Of a stretch of DNA of 64,000 nt, positions 37,532 through 51,383 are shown piece by piece. Each line of letters starts with the position of its first letter. Position 1 is the stretch's first letter. The notes below the pieces were generated by a model that was given only the letters and a program-made list of their open reading frames with translations, searched no databases and had not been told where the DNA came from. The DNA lies in NCBI GenBank assembly GCA_964247055.1, contig OZ176055.1, positions 3,906,001-3,970,000 on the forward strand, in the 5' to 3' direction. The position numbers and the translations under genes are program-made. Source of the stretch: Paragordius varius (taxonomy: Eukaryota > Animalia > Nematomorpha).

Positions 37532-38734
37532 ATGCAGAACGATATCAGATCCAGGGAAGTTTTGGTGGAATTACTTGAAAAGTAAATTATTAATAAATAA
37601 TTAAAAATTTTTAGATCATCCCTTCCATATTTTCCAGACAATAAGTATATTTTTATAATAATTATTTAGTCAGTTAACAAACGAATCGTCCTCAGTCGCT
37701 ACTTATAATAATATACAGTAATACATATTGTGATGTTTAGATTACAGACTAAAAAATCAAAAAGTAGACGTTCAATAGCCCCCGAAGATTATAAAACTTT
37801 ACTTCGATTCAGCCCAGAGACTGTGAAGTTCATTACAGATGAAATATTTCCGGTCTATTTAAGGCCTAAGAAAAAAACAGGTACTTTAACTTACCTACGA
37901 TATGTGGGAATTTTCTTGAGGTATTTAGCCGACCCAGGATTCCAATATGGGGTTTCCAATGATTTTGGGATAGAACGTAGCTACGCAACTAAAATTATTT
38001 CTTATGTTAGTTATTATTGTAGTAGGCTACGTTCTAAGTGGATAAGATTTCCCAAAAATCAATCGGAAATGGAATCATCTCAGGCATTATGGGCGGAAAA
38101 ATATAAAATTCCATGTATCGTTGGTGCGATTGATTGCACGCACATTGAAATCAATAAACCCACCAAGGAATCGTTGAATTATCTTAATCGAAAAATTTTT
38201 TACAGTTTTAATATACAAGCCACCATCAATTCCAATGAGATATTCACATCTCTAGAGGTAAAATATCCAGGAAGGGTACATGATGCAAGGATATTTGAAA
38301 ATAGCGATCTATGTACAAATATGTTAAGATTGAATCAGTATGGATCTCTATTAGGTGATAGTGGTTATGGTTTATCAATGTCCATTATTCGACCATATCG
38401 TAATCCTAGCAATCCCAGGGAGAAATATTTTAATAAAATTCATGCTAAAGAACGTTCAGTGATTGAGCGTGTTTTCGGTCAATGGAAGAGAAGATTTCCC
38501 ATTTTGGGAAATCGTATAAGATTACACACCGATAATGTCCCTGATATTATTCTTTCATGTGGAGTTCTCTATAATATAGGGAAAGCCCGAAATGAATTTT
38601 CAGATATAGATGAAATACTTTCTGACCTCGATGATATTCCTGATGAGTATTTATCATTAACAACGGCACAAGAGCGCCAGGCTGGAAAAATGAGAAGAGA
38701 TCATATAATGAATATTTTATATAATAATATATAA
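37532..38734 (+). CDS. Harbinger/HARBI1-like DDE transposase, ~373 aa. Exons 37532-37581, 37615-37644, 37670-37717, 37741-38734
   Basis: Catalytic-type motifs GAIDCTHI, YLNRKIFYSFNIQ, YPGRVHDARIF, LLGDSGY and ERSVIERVFGQWKRRF are intact. The three short 5' exons are inferred from GT-AG micro-introns that keep the frame. The transposase call is firm; the N-terminus is less certain. Confidence 0.9.
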
Positions 38735-38893
38735 TAATTATTATATGATTTACATCTTGTTGTGTTAGTGATTTATATATTCAGGAATAGATCGAGAATA
38801 TGCTCATTTATTTAGCGTTTTTGTGTATAAATTTCATTATTTTGTTATCATCAAGATTGCAAGGAATGCTATATGGTTGGATTATGGATTATG

Positions 38894-39801
38894 ATGAATT
38901 TTATTAAAATATTTCTCCCTGGGATTGCTAGGATTACGATATGGTCGAATAATGGACATTGATAAACCATAACCACTATCACCTAATAGAGATCCATACT
39001 GATTCAATCTTAACATATTTGTACATAGATCGCTATTTTCAAATATCCTTGCATCATGTACCCTTCCTGGATATTTTACCTCTAGAGATGTGAATATCTC
39101 ATTGGAATTGATGGTGGCTTGTATATTAAAACTGTAAAAATTTTTTCGATTAAGATAATTCAACGATTCCTTGGTGGGTTTATTGATTTCAATGTGCGTG
39201 CAATCAATCGCACCAACGATACATGGAATTTTATATTTTTCCGCCCATAATGCCTGAGATGATTCCATTTCCGATTGATTTTTGGGAAATCTTATCCACT
39301 TAGAACGTAGCCTACTACAATAATAACTAACATAAGAAATAATTTTAGTTGCGTAGCTACGTTCTATCCCAAAATCATTGGAAACCCCATATTGGAATCC
39401 TGGGTCGGCTAAATACCTCAAGAAAATTTCCACATATCGTTGGTAAGTTAAAGTACCTGTTTTTTTCTTAGGCCTCAAATTGACCGGAAATATTTCATCT
39501 GTAATGAACTTCACAGTCTCTGGGCTGAATCGAAGTAAAGTTTTATAATCTTCGGGGGCTATTGAACGTCTACTTTTTGATTTTTTAGTCTGTAATCTAA
39601 ACATCACAATATGTATTACTGTATATTATTATAAGTAGCGACTGAGGACGATTCGTTTGTTAACTGACTAAATAATTATTATAAAAATATACTTATTGTC
39701 TGGAAAATATGGAAGGGATGATCTAAAATTTTTTATTTATTAATAATTTACTTTTCAAGTAATTCCACCAAAACTTCCCTGGATCTGATATCGTTCTGCA
39801 T
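38894..39801 (-). pseudogene. Inverted, 3'-truncated copy of the Harbinger transposase (ends KYFNKIH, lacks the IERVFG motif)
   Basis: Identical to the left copy except 5 substitutions in the shared exon-4 segment and a 4-nt shorter intron 1. Runs into a stop at 38882. Confidence 0.92.
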
Positions 39802-40265
39802 GTAAAATTTTAGGGGAAAACGGTTATTATCGGGTTAAAAGCTGATTTTAGAATACAAAATTCAAATTTATTATAATAATATTTAGCTATATTTATTTTT
39901 GTTGTTGTCAGAACCATGAAGTACAATTTTTTTAAAAAAAATTGTTAAAACTGTAAAAATATAAAAAAAATATTTACCAAATAAGAAACAATGGTATAGA
40001 TGCCATTTTCTTCTATAATACCCAAGATTTTTTATATATTTTTTAAGATTTATACAATTTTTGGAGGTGTTTAGTAAACTCAGTTTCGTGTCGAAAGAAT
40101 TACGCATTTTCACTCAACCCTATATATTATTTGTAAAGGATACCTGACTTTCAATCCTCCAGTTTACAGAATTCAAAAAGATGCAATATTTTTCAAGTAA
40201 TACTTTGAAATTTTGATAAGTCTCCTATTAGCAGACTTATCACGAATGTATGTTTTTTATACAAA

Positions 40266-40327
40266 TATCTTACTGTCTTATGCTTACTGTCTTACTATCT
40301 TTCTGTCTTACCGTCTTACTATCTTAC
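40266..40327 (-). repeat. 8 copies of the 8-bp GTAAGAYR repeat at the outer end of the right arm
   Basis: Reverse complement of 36966-37064 with fewer units. Confidence 0.95.
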
Positions 40328-41953
40328 TGACTTAAATTCACATCAGTCATATATTTATGTGAAGTTACTTTCTCAGCTTTAACATACATTAAATTCCGAT
40401 ATCGTTCAGTGATAAAAAATGTTGAAGAGGTCTTACGTCCAGCAGTTTCAAACATTACACCAAGATTTGATTTGTTATGCAATAAAAAACGGCAACATCT
40501 ATCTCATTAAATTTTTATATTCGAGAGAATTAAAACGGTCAGAATCCACTTTTGATTTTGAAACTATAATAAAAACATTTCTAGTGCAAATTTCAATATT
40601 TGATTTTTATAGGTTTCAAAACGAATTCTAAATTTATATATTTTCATATGCATATGTATATTGTTATCTAATAAATATAACAGCAAAAAATATTAATTTA
40701 TTTTTCTTTTATATTTGCTGGGGTCTTTAAGAAACTCCTAATCATAAATAGGGTCAGGATATACAAAAGTTTAAGCCCTGGTTTTAATAATTAATAACTT
40801 TAACTATCGAATTTTCTTGACCATATTTTTTAGTGTATTATCAACAATCCACCATCACTTTAAGTAAATTTTTGTGTCATTTTGGCTTTTTAACCTGTTT
40901 CATAACCTAAAAAATTCAACTAGATAGAAGCTTTTTTCTAAGATAGTAGATATTTTAAAACTTTTCAAAAATTTTATGCAACTTCCCATGCAAATTTTCT
41001 TAAAAAAATTTATATAAGCCTTTATTAATTTTTTATAAATTGAAAGTTTTTTATTCAAAACGCCATAGCTTTAATTTTTGTAAATCTTAAATGACCTTTG
41101 CAATGTAGAATCTTAATAAAAATTTACTTTGAATGTATACATATTCTATCAAATAAAATTTATTGACGCTTTTTCTTGTATTTTGTTTATTTAATTTTAA
41201 GATTAGTAATAATTATTATTAGGTATTTGGTAACTATAGTCATTTCACTATAATATATAAAATGTTAAAATTTTTATATAATTCATACATTATGCATATG
41301 CGCAATCAATAATAACAAATGTAATTTGTTTAAATAACTTTAGATAAATCAAAAAAACATTACTTATTGATTGCGCACAAAGTTTTCCTGGAATTAATCA
41401 TATAATGTTCAGAGTATGCAACCGAAAATTTTGTGAACATTATTATAATAACTAAAGATAGCAAAATGTATGATGTATAGATAAAAAATTGCCCTAAAAC
41501 GTTGTTAAATCATAAATTTGATTAATCTATTCTATATTTGATTAAACACTTAAAAATTGCATTGATGTCAAAAGTGCCACACGCTAACCCAGTCATATAA
41601 TATAGCAACTTTACTACAAAAAAGCTGCCAAATATATCATGGTTATGAAAATTTATTACTCTTTAATATTTTTATAATTTATTATAAAAAAACTATAATT
41701 ATTCAGAGTCTATTTTTAAACCATAAATATCCCCTATATTTTACAAAACTCATTATTTGATTCATTTGTTAATACGGAACGTCAATATATATAATATAAA
41801 TGGAATTTATTTTTGATAACATTAGTTTCAGATTAATATGATTTTTGCACAAATAATTTTATAATAACTTAATATAATCACTGTAAAAAATGAATAGCGA
41901 ATGCTAACCAATACTCAATATTGAAATAGTAAATGATAGTTTATTAAACGCAA

Positions 41954-44900
41954 TTAAGGTTTCCCATTTAACTTTTCCCTCTTCCATTTTTGTATTTTCT
42001 CCTTCAAATCCAAATCACTTTTAACCATTTCCAGTGTCAAAGGTAAACGATTAAATGGGTCATTTTGATCACTAAATCAAAAATTTAGATAATATTTAAA
42101 AAAATACAGTTATAGTGGCAAAAGAGGATCGCATTTTTGAAAATGGCCATTGCATAAGTAACTGTCCAATCTTTTTGAATTTTTGGTCTCTTACTACATC
42201 AAGGTCATGTTGAACGTATTTTCACAAAATGGATATTATGGTCATCTTGGTCATATAAATATGATAACCCTATCCGAGCTTCATTCGACATCAACCTGAA
42301 AAAAAATTAATGTGGCCGTTCCCTTGAAACTTGAATAAAAAAGATTGATCTGGACTTCCAATAATTTAAAGTAACAAAAACGGTTTATCAATAAAAATAT
42401 CATAAAGAAGAGGATATTATCCGATGATATACTATCAAGAATTATTAAACAATAAATAGAACAACACATATTACAAAACCACATTATTGATACACATAAA
42501 AATCACACAAAATATGTAACACTTCAAATACTTGATGGTCTCAGACATATGACAATTAGGAAATAAATTTTTGTCAGTTACATACTGGATTAGCTTATAT
42601 AAGCCTGAAATGAAATGCAACAAATATTACTCAAGAAATCATCATATAAAACCGGTTGCGCCAATCACATAGTCTGACAATGCTAATAATATTAACACCG
42701 CATTTCAAAGCATTCAAAAATGCCCATAAAAATGTTGGAGATAAATAAAAAATTTAATATTTTTGATTAGATGTTTATTTCTAGATTACCTTAATAAATG
42801 CCTAGATATTGTGGATTTATCGACTATCTTCCCCGAGGTAGGCAATACTACTGGGTCTTCCATCAAAGTATTCATAATGGGATCCAAGAATTCATCTGGG
42901 GCATCGCCTAAAAGCTCATCTTCCTGAAATTGTTGTTGCGCGCAATCCTGAACCACATTGTGTGAAAATATATTTTATGCTTAAATCGTTATTATGATTG
43001 AAGTTTTAACTGGTATTAATCATATATTACAAAATGAAAGAAATAAATAAATATAAGTCGCGGTGTCGATTCTAAAACTTTGGCACCAATTAACTAAAAT
43101 CTAAGTCTATACAAGCCTTTATCATATTATAAATAAAATTTAATGTTTAAACAAAACTAATTAATATATATGAAAAACAAAAATAATAAATAATGTTTTA
43201 CCTTAATTCGCTTTGCAACATTAGCAATTCTTTCACAAAGAGTATTTGCTATAACGTAAGTCCGTTCAGCCTCAGCTTTTTGCTTTAAGATTTGTGCTGG
43301 GTCTCTTCCAAAAGCACGTCTCGAAAAATTAATATTGCCAGCAAAAAAATCTTGATAAGACGCGCTCGTAGTATCAGACAGTGCTTTTTCCCCTATCCGT
43401 TGAAGCACGTCTCGTGTTTGAACGAACAAATCATCACTGTAACTGCGCCCATCTGCACTAACTATAATATAGGGAGGTAAAATACTTAATTAAAATGCTT
43501 AAAATTCATTAAACCTTAGTAAGATAAAATACTTATTGAGTAAAATTAATAGATATAACTAGTAAACCATGAAGAAATTTTAATTTAACACATATGCGCC
43601 CAAAAAGCTAATAATCTAATTTTATTTTTTAATAAAAATCTTAACTTCCCTAGACAAATTATAGAGTAGAATTGCCGACCAGCTCAAAGACAAAGGGTCA
43701 TAACCCTATTCGCGACCACAAAAAAACGACCTAGGTCATTTGGATTTTTTTCATTTTTAACGATTTACAATTTACATGAAAACAAAACCTTGTATATATT
43801 AATTTATATATGGTATATAAAATACATTTCAAATGATAATTTAAAAGTGGGTTTTACCTGTTTATTTAATTGTTAACGCAAGCCTTATGATTTGGCTGTA
43901 CTCATACTTTAATAATGATTTCAGGAAAGCTCGTTATTTGTAGACAATCAATAAATTAAATTATCAGTGAATTGGTGTTGGTATATTTAAAACCTTTTTT
44001 AAATAATTTTTATAAATATTTATGTATGTAATATTTTGAAGCTGGTGCATTCATTATAAAAAATTTTAATTAAATCATTTTGTTATTGACATTGCAGAAT
44101 GAAATATTATTAAAATTCAGTATAAATTGCAATTTAATTTTTGAAAAAAGTCCATCATTTCTGAAAAAAGGGTCATTATACGGATATTGACTCAGAAATA
44201 ATTTTCTCTCATTTTTATTAGAAAGTTAAGAACTTTGCAATAAGGACTAATGAAAGCTAACACTCAACTGGTCTACACTGATAATGAAAAAATTGGTGTT
44301 ATCTTATATTTACAAGTATTGTGCACGAGTCCCACGTCTTGGCCGCTGGTGTAAAAATGTTTGAGGTCACAATCGTGCTTAAAACAACGCGGACTTGAAA
44401 TAAAAAACCTCAAACTAGGTATGCTGATAAACAAAAATTTGGCTTCATATATACATATATTTAATAAATATAAGCTTTTGAATGAAAGCTTTTATGTCAA
44501 TCAAATCACCATGAAATCATCAGAGGGGTGAATTTTCTTTTAGATGTGTGTTTAACGAAGTTTCACAATCATGCTGGCCTATTCGCATTATTGTTGACCA
44601 ATTGATAATACAGTAGCTTGTGTTATGAAACAAATTTTGTATACAATTATAAACAAAAAGAAAAAAATGTTTAATTACAAATCTTAATTGATTTTACCAA
44701 TACTGCCAGTTGAAGAAAAACAATAATGTGAATAGGCCAGAATTGGATATTGTACATATACTTCATTCTATATATGTTTGTTCAAATTTTTCAAAGTTAA
44801 AAAGTCTTATTTTTTCCCTTTCACAATTTAAATCCAAAAAATTACAACTACTATGTTGAAATATTATACCTGCTTTACAAAATGCATCTTGACTTTGAGT

Positions 44901-47408
44901 TAATACGGTCAAACGTTCTTCTACATTATGCAATGGCATGTTATTACTGGAGGGACATGTTTTAAGACTTTTTTGCGCTCTTGCATGAGATATTTCAAGG
45001 TCCGGATCAACTTTTTGCGCAAAAAATGAATTATTACTACGATGGGATATAAATTGCCTGTATTCTTCGGCACTATTCCCCAAATTAATGTAAATCTTGC
45101 AAATGGTCAAAACAATGTATTGAGGCTTGAATTCGTACACGCTGAAATCTTTGACTTTAAGCGTTTTTTTCTTGGGTCCAACCTTGTAATAGTTGGGGAT
45201 ATAGCATATTATATAAATATGTGAAAAAAATGTCATTGTGAAAAACAATTTTCATTTTTTCGAAAATGATTATATAAACAATCTGAACGATATCATATAA
45301 AAAGTCAAAAGCAAGGGCGTGCCGAGCGTTTGCGGCGCCCGGAGCATAATACTCTTGTGGCCTCTCCTCTTTTTAAAAGCCAATAAAATAATTTATTCAA
45401 TAAAAAATACAAACGTCGCTACCTAAACACCTTAGATAAAACCGGCTTGTACAATCATATACATTTAAATTCTATTGTGATATATATAAATATTTATAAT
45501 TTAAGTTATTCATATTAAATAAATACAGGTAAATATTCAAATAAATTCGATAATAAGGGTTATTCATATAAAAACAACATTGATGTTGCATATATAAATT
45601 GATCTTATAATAATGGCGAATAATAATATTGATTTAAATATATGTAAATCTTGCATAAAATTTATAATCATTGCATAAAAAACTTATTTTATGATAGATA
45701 ATAATTAGATTATAAAATTGAATGCGTAACTAACTTACGTCTTGAATCCTTAGGCCCAAAAGTTATCCAAATCAAAATATCAAATTTTAAAAATATGGTT
45801 TTGCTCATAAAAAGTATAAGCTTATTAGTTTTTATATTCCATCTTATAATTTTCTTTATGTAAATGAAAAAAGTGCTTCCTTAATTTTTTGCTATTTAAT
45901 TTTAAAACATCGACTATTAAATATAAAACTTACCAGGTGTAGGAGGAAATAATTCAACATACTGGCGATGCGATTAACCATGGTCGGATGAGTAAATATT
46001 GTATGAATATATCGTGTAAGATAGGCCAAAACGCGTATTGTTTCAAGTCCCAAAACATTGTGATATCTAAATAGTTAATATATCTATGTATATACAATCA
46101 AATCTTTTCATAAACATCCAAAAAACTAAGGTTATGATAACAGGCGACAAAAAGACTGATAAAATCAAATACCCATGCCGCGCATGCTTAAAAAATGTGG
46201 GACAAACTCCATCCAATGCACTAAGTGTCAATACTGGTTATACAAACCATGTTCGGGATTAAATGGAACTTTAAAAAATAATAATAATTACATATGTCCC
46301 CCATGTACTCTATCCAAACAATATATTCCACCCATAGAAGCTGCCTACCTTAAAATAGGTGACAGCGAAATTCAAAAAGTAGAAAAGTTTACCTACCTTG
46401 GTGATACCATTTCCGCTTAAGGAAGTTCATCTGAAGCCATCAAAAATCGTATAAGAATTGGTAGGGGTAGATACAACCAATATAAACACCTATTTACCAA
46501 CAAGCACATATCAAAAACAAAATATACCTAATTGGCGTCAGACCTACTATAACTTATGCTTGCGAAACATGGCAAAAAAGTAAAACACAGGAAAATATGC
46601 TGGATAATATGGAACAAAAAATGATAAATACATTTAAGCGAACAATCTCTCATGATAAACAAATCCTACCAATTTCAAAATATATTCAAATCCGTAGACT
46701 TGGCTATTACGGTCACATTCAAAGATTAGATAACGATAATTGGATTAAAAATATAACAACCTTAAGCCAAACAAACAAAACAGAGTTGGTCGTCCAGCAA
46801 TAACATGGGACAAAAACATTATCCAAGACCTACAGGCCAAAAACATAAAAGCCGGGGATTGGTTAAATAAAAATTCCTTCTATGCAATGATCAAACACCT
46901 AAACCCCGTCACGGAATGCCAAGGGACCCCTTGACAACAGCCATCTATCTATCTATCTATCATTGAAAAAAAACAGTTATTAGATGCTAATAAAAAACGT
47001 ATACTATTTCAAAATTTTTAATATTGTCCAACAATGTTTTCGAATTTATATTATACAATTTTTATTAAAAAACTATTTTTATCCTATTTCGAAATATAAG
47101 CAGTATTATTTATTTAAGAATGCTAAAAAAATATGAAAATATTAATTTTAATGTTTATGTATAATGGAGTTGTAGAAAAAAGTCACAGAATTTCATTTAA
47201 CTGTATATCCAAAAATAAAAATTATTATTTGAAAGCCAAATAAAAATTGATAATTCTAAAAAACCTTGCCATCAGACCCAAATGCTGTAAATTATTTTCA
47301 TTTTCGTTGCGTTGTTCGGGTGTAACTTTTTCCCATGCCCCACTATCCTTAGCCAATTGCAATTCCCGTATTTGACTCATATACTATACAATGTTAGGGA
47401 GAATAAAA

Positions 47409-47466
<58 letters not shown>

Positions 47467-50400
47467 AATTATTGTAAAAATAGGCTTAAAAAATTTTTTA
47501 ACCACTTATATTCCATTAAAGGCCTTACGTTTTCTTATAACTTTAATTCATAATAGTAAGTTTTTAAATCACCAACTAACGACCTATTTTCAAGAACGTT
47601 AAGTTTTATTATAAGTTTGGCTAAATCAAAAACAATTTTTATATCCAATATTTATACATAAACATATACTCAAGTAATATACTAAAAAAATTTTAATAAC
47701 AATACTGAGTTTATAATTAAAATCTCGGTTCTATAAGTTCAAAATAATATAAATATTAATTTTATAATATTATTTCAGAATTAGATATTTACCGATAATG
47801 CTTCATCCAGTAAAAATATGGCATCATTTATTAGTAAATTCAAAAAACGCAGGAAAAGTGGTGGATTTATCGATTCGATTCTCGCCTCTGCATCCGTGGC
47901 CATTTTCTGTACATTTCAATATAATTTTTTAATACAAAATATTTTGCAGTAAAACTTCATATGTAAACATTATTAAAAAATTAAAATTGTAAAAAAAACA
48001 CTTAATTAAAAAAATTGAGATATTTAAAAAATAAAAGTGCACATGAATCTTTATAAAAGTTTACAAGTAAAATAACCTTAAACTATTAGACGCCAAATAT
48101 TTAAAAAAATTGCTTAAAACCGACGAATAAATTATATTATAATGAAATAAATAATTAATTATCGGGATTTGATTGTATTTTGACAACAATTTTATAAAGT
48201 ATAAAATCAATGTTAGTTTTGATTAAATTCGGGTGCTATCTAAATTTTATACATTATAGCAAAAATAAAACCTTTTCTTAATCAAAACATAAATATATTT
48301 TTAGATAATCATGTTTATTTAGCCAAACAAACTCTCATAATATTTTTTACAAAAACGCTCTCTGAAGCAAAAAAAACATCCAATTAAAAAAAGAGTAAAG
48401 TGAAATGTACTAGTAAAAAGGTACCTTAACTATCGCTCTATGGATAGGGAATTGCCAAAGATAACGCAATATAACGTACATCGGTCTCCTATAACTAAAT
48501 TTTTGTTCAAAAGCAACATTTTGACCAGTTTCTTCAATGCTTACAAACACATGGATTAAAACTGGAATCAAATAAAGTTTGTAGATTTGATTTTCCCCAT
48601 TTTTCTGTAATTATTTGATATTGAATTTGTGCAAAATATTAGTGGTAAAAAAAATATAATTGTAAAAATGAATTAAATTTTTAAAGCGAAATATATAAAA
48701 AATTTTTTTTAAAATACTCATCGTTAATAAATTTACAATCCATAGTATAGACATGGCTTAAAAATCAAAATTAATTAAGAAATATAAAAGATGTTTAAAT
48801 ATGAAAAAAAATTTTTTTACCGATGTTTGCAAACCATTGAGGGATTTAACAGTAAATAATTGTTCACGTCCACCCTTTAAACCCAAACTGTAAGTATTTG
48901 ATTCCATATAATCGCTAAATAAATAATAAACAAAGATAATTTTATCAAAATAATGTTATGGAAATTAAATACTCACTTATATTCAGATTTAGATCTTGAG
49001 TGGGTGGGTAATTGATCATTCAAGGGCTCTGTAAATAAATAAAAATATAAACGGCTTCATAAAAACACGTTAAAAATATTAAAAAACCCACATTTTATTT
49101 CAAGTGTAAAAATTGTCTTAAGCGTGTTTAACAAAAGAGTAGCTATCACATTTAATGAAAGGGTCTGCCATTTTTAAATTATATTATTAGGTAACGGTAA
49201 AAAAAACTACGATAAGAATTCCAGTATCTTCAAAGATTATAATTACTAAAAATATCGGTAAAGGCTTTAAAACCATTGCCAAACTCAACCATAAATTTGC
49301 TCATACAATGCACGCTTATAATATATTAATAAAGATAAATTAATGAATTAAACTAAATTTATTTATAAAACTATAAAAAAGATGGTTGGGGTTGTGCTTT
49401 AAATCCCGTTTTAAAAAACATATTTTTATAAAAAAAATTAATTAATATATCACGATATTAATTTGGCCCATTCTATTTTATGAAAAATGATAAATTAATT
49501 CTCATTTTCAGTTTCTTACAAACAAGTAAAATAACCATCAAAAGTAGTTAACTATTTCCAAGTTCTTACCATATGTCGATGCAGAGTTTGATAAAACTTT
49601 AAAAGCGGCATAATCCGTTTCCTCGTAAAAAGCAGTTCCTTGGTAAGAACCAATTGATAAATCTTGGTGTCCATTTCCATCATTTTTGGGTTGATTGGAA
49701 AAGTGTGATTGTGAAATCGTTTCGATAAAATCGTCATTGTGTCGCAAATCAAGAGGGACACACGCTTCAAGCGCTTCAGCCATTTTAGCCCGCAAATGTG
49801 GGTTTTTTACACGCTCAGGCGATGCCATAAATGTGAGTATAAGGCAAAGGATAGGCTCCAACATGGTAACATCCATAGACTATACACATATAATTTGGAT
49901 TATTATCATTAAAATATTTTTTTGTATATTATAACGCGGATATTATAACCGTAAAATAATATTTTATTGAAGTATTAATGACAAAAGTGTTTATGTGAAT
50001 TAGCGTTCCAAATTACTATATCCCATGATACTATTTGTGTAAACTATATTATGATATGGAATAAAAAATCAAATTTGTTGTTTAATATTTGGAAATTTTA
50101 CGAAAATATTATGAACAAGAAAATAAAGGCATTTCAATCATTAAAACATTAAGCAATCATAAAAGTTATATGATACTTGTTAAATAAATGCTTTACAATA
50201 AACCTATCCTTAAATTTGTAAAAAAACACAATATTTGATTCGAAAACAGGTAAAAAAAGAGATGACCTCCAAAGTTTCATCGCTAAAGTGCGAAAGTAGA
50301 GACATGTAATCCAACCAATTTTCAATCACAAACTCAGGAATGTGGGATAAAAATGCTTGCAATGATGTGATCAGGCTTTTTTCATCATCTATATTAACAA

Positions 50401-51343
50401 TTATAATAGATATATTTTATGAAAAGAAATTATATTAGGAAAATGATCCAATTAAATAATAAAATTTGAGTCTAAGAATACGGATAAAAATTTTCAAAAA
50501 AAAGATTTACCTATAAATTTATTATTTGCCGCTTTTGTGAAACTATTTGCATCGGATGATAAAATAACATTTTCAATATCCAAACGAGGTGCCACAAAAT
50601 TTATGGTGTTAATGTTAATTTGCTGGTCAGTTTTTGGATTCTTTTCAATGCACTTTAAATTGTAACAAATGAATTGGGCCATGGACAAATTTAAGTTATG
50701 GAAGGATTGAAGAAATGTTGGCTCAATCAGTGCTGCTTTTGTACTCAAAAAAGTTGATAAACCTATTAAAATTTATCTTATAATAGGTAATTAATTCTAA
50801 TATCTTTTATTTTTAGTAGGAAATTTATAAATAAAGATACTAGATAAACAATATTTGTATATTAGACAATTAACAAAAATTTACATCTATTTTATGATTT
50901 TATATTGCTATATTTCATTGTGAAAAATTATTAAAAAATTATATTTTATTAAATCTAGCCATTTAATAATTTTTCATTTATATCAATTAAATCATTTTTA
51001 AAAATCATTAATTTTTTATGGATCCTTACTATTATGGCAATCTTGCTATGTAAATAATCAAAAAAATCACCAAAATATATTAATAATCCTTCAAATATTG
51101 ATAACGTTAAAGATTTATACCTTTTTCCATGGCATCCTTAATAGTGCGTAAAGGTGGGTTATTTTCAGCGCTTTCTCGTGATGCCTCGGGTGTGTTGTTT
51201 AGCAAATTTTCGTAATACACTTGCATACGGCCCAATTCTTGATTCAACTTGATGAATTTTGTGTAAATGGCTCGAAAACCAACTTCCAAACATTGTTGAG
51301 TCAGGAAAAAGCATTCCGTTATGAAGTTAAAACTAAATTGAGA

Positions 51344-51383
<40 letters not shown>

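Larger units (their letters stand above)
36950..40343. mobile_element. 3.4-kb palindrome derived from a PIF/Harbinger transposon: left arm 36950-38443, 450-bp spacer, right arm 38894-40343
   Basis: The arms are reverse complements at ~99% identity. The 44-bp length difference is fully explained by 37 bp of 8-bp-repeat copy number plus 3-bp and 4-bp indels. Confidence 0.96.

Noticed and set aside
44250-44354. [12 protein letters not shown] resembling the cullin VL..GSWP motif
   Set aside because: It is a 34-codon frame bounded by stops with no flanking cullin similarity.
45314-45370. GC-rich AGGGCGTGCCGAGCG..GGCGCCCGG resembling a hAT-type MITE end
   Set aside because: No opposite terminus or TSD was identified.
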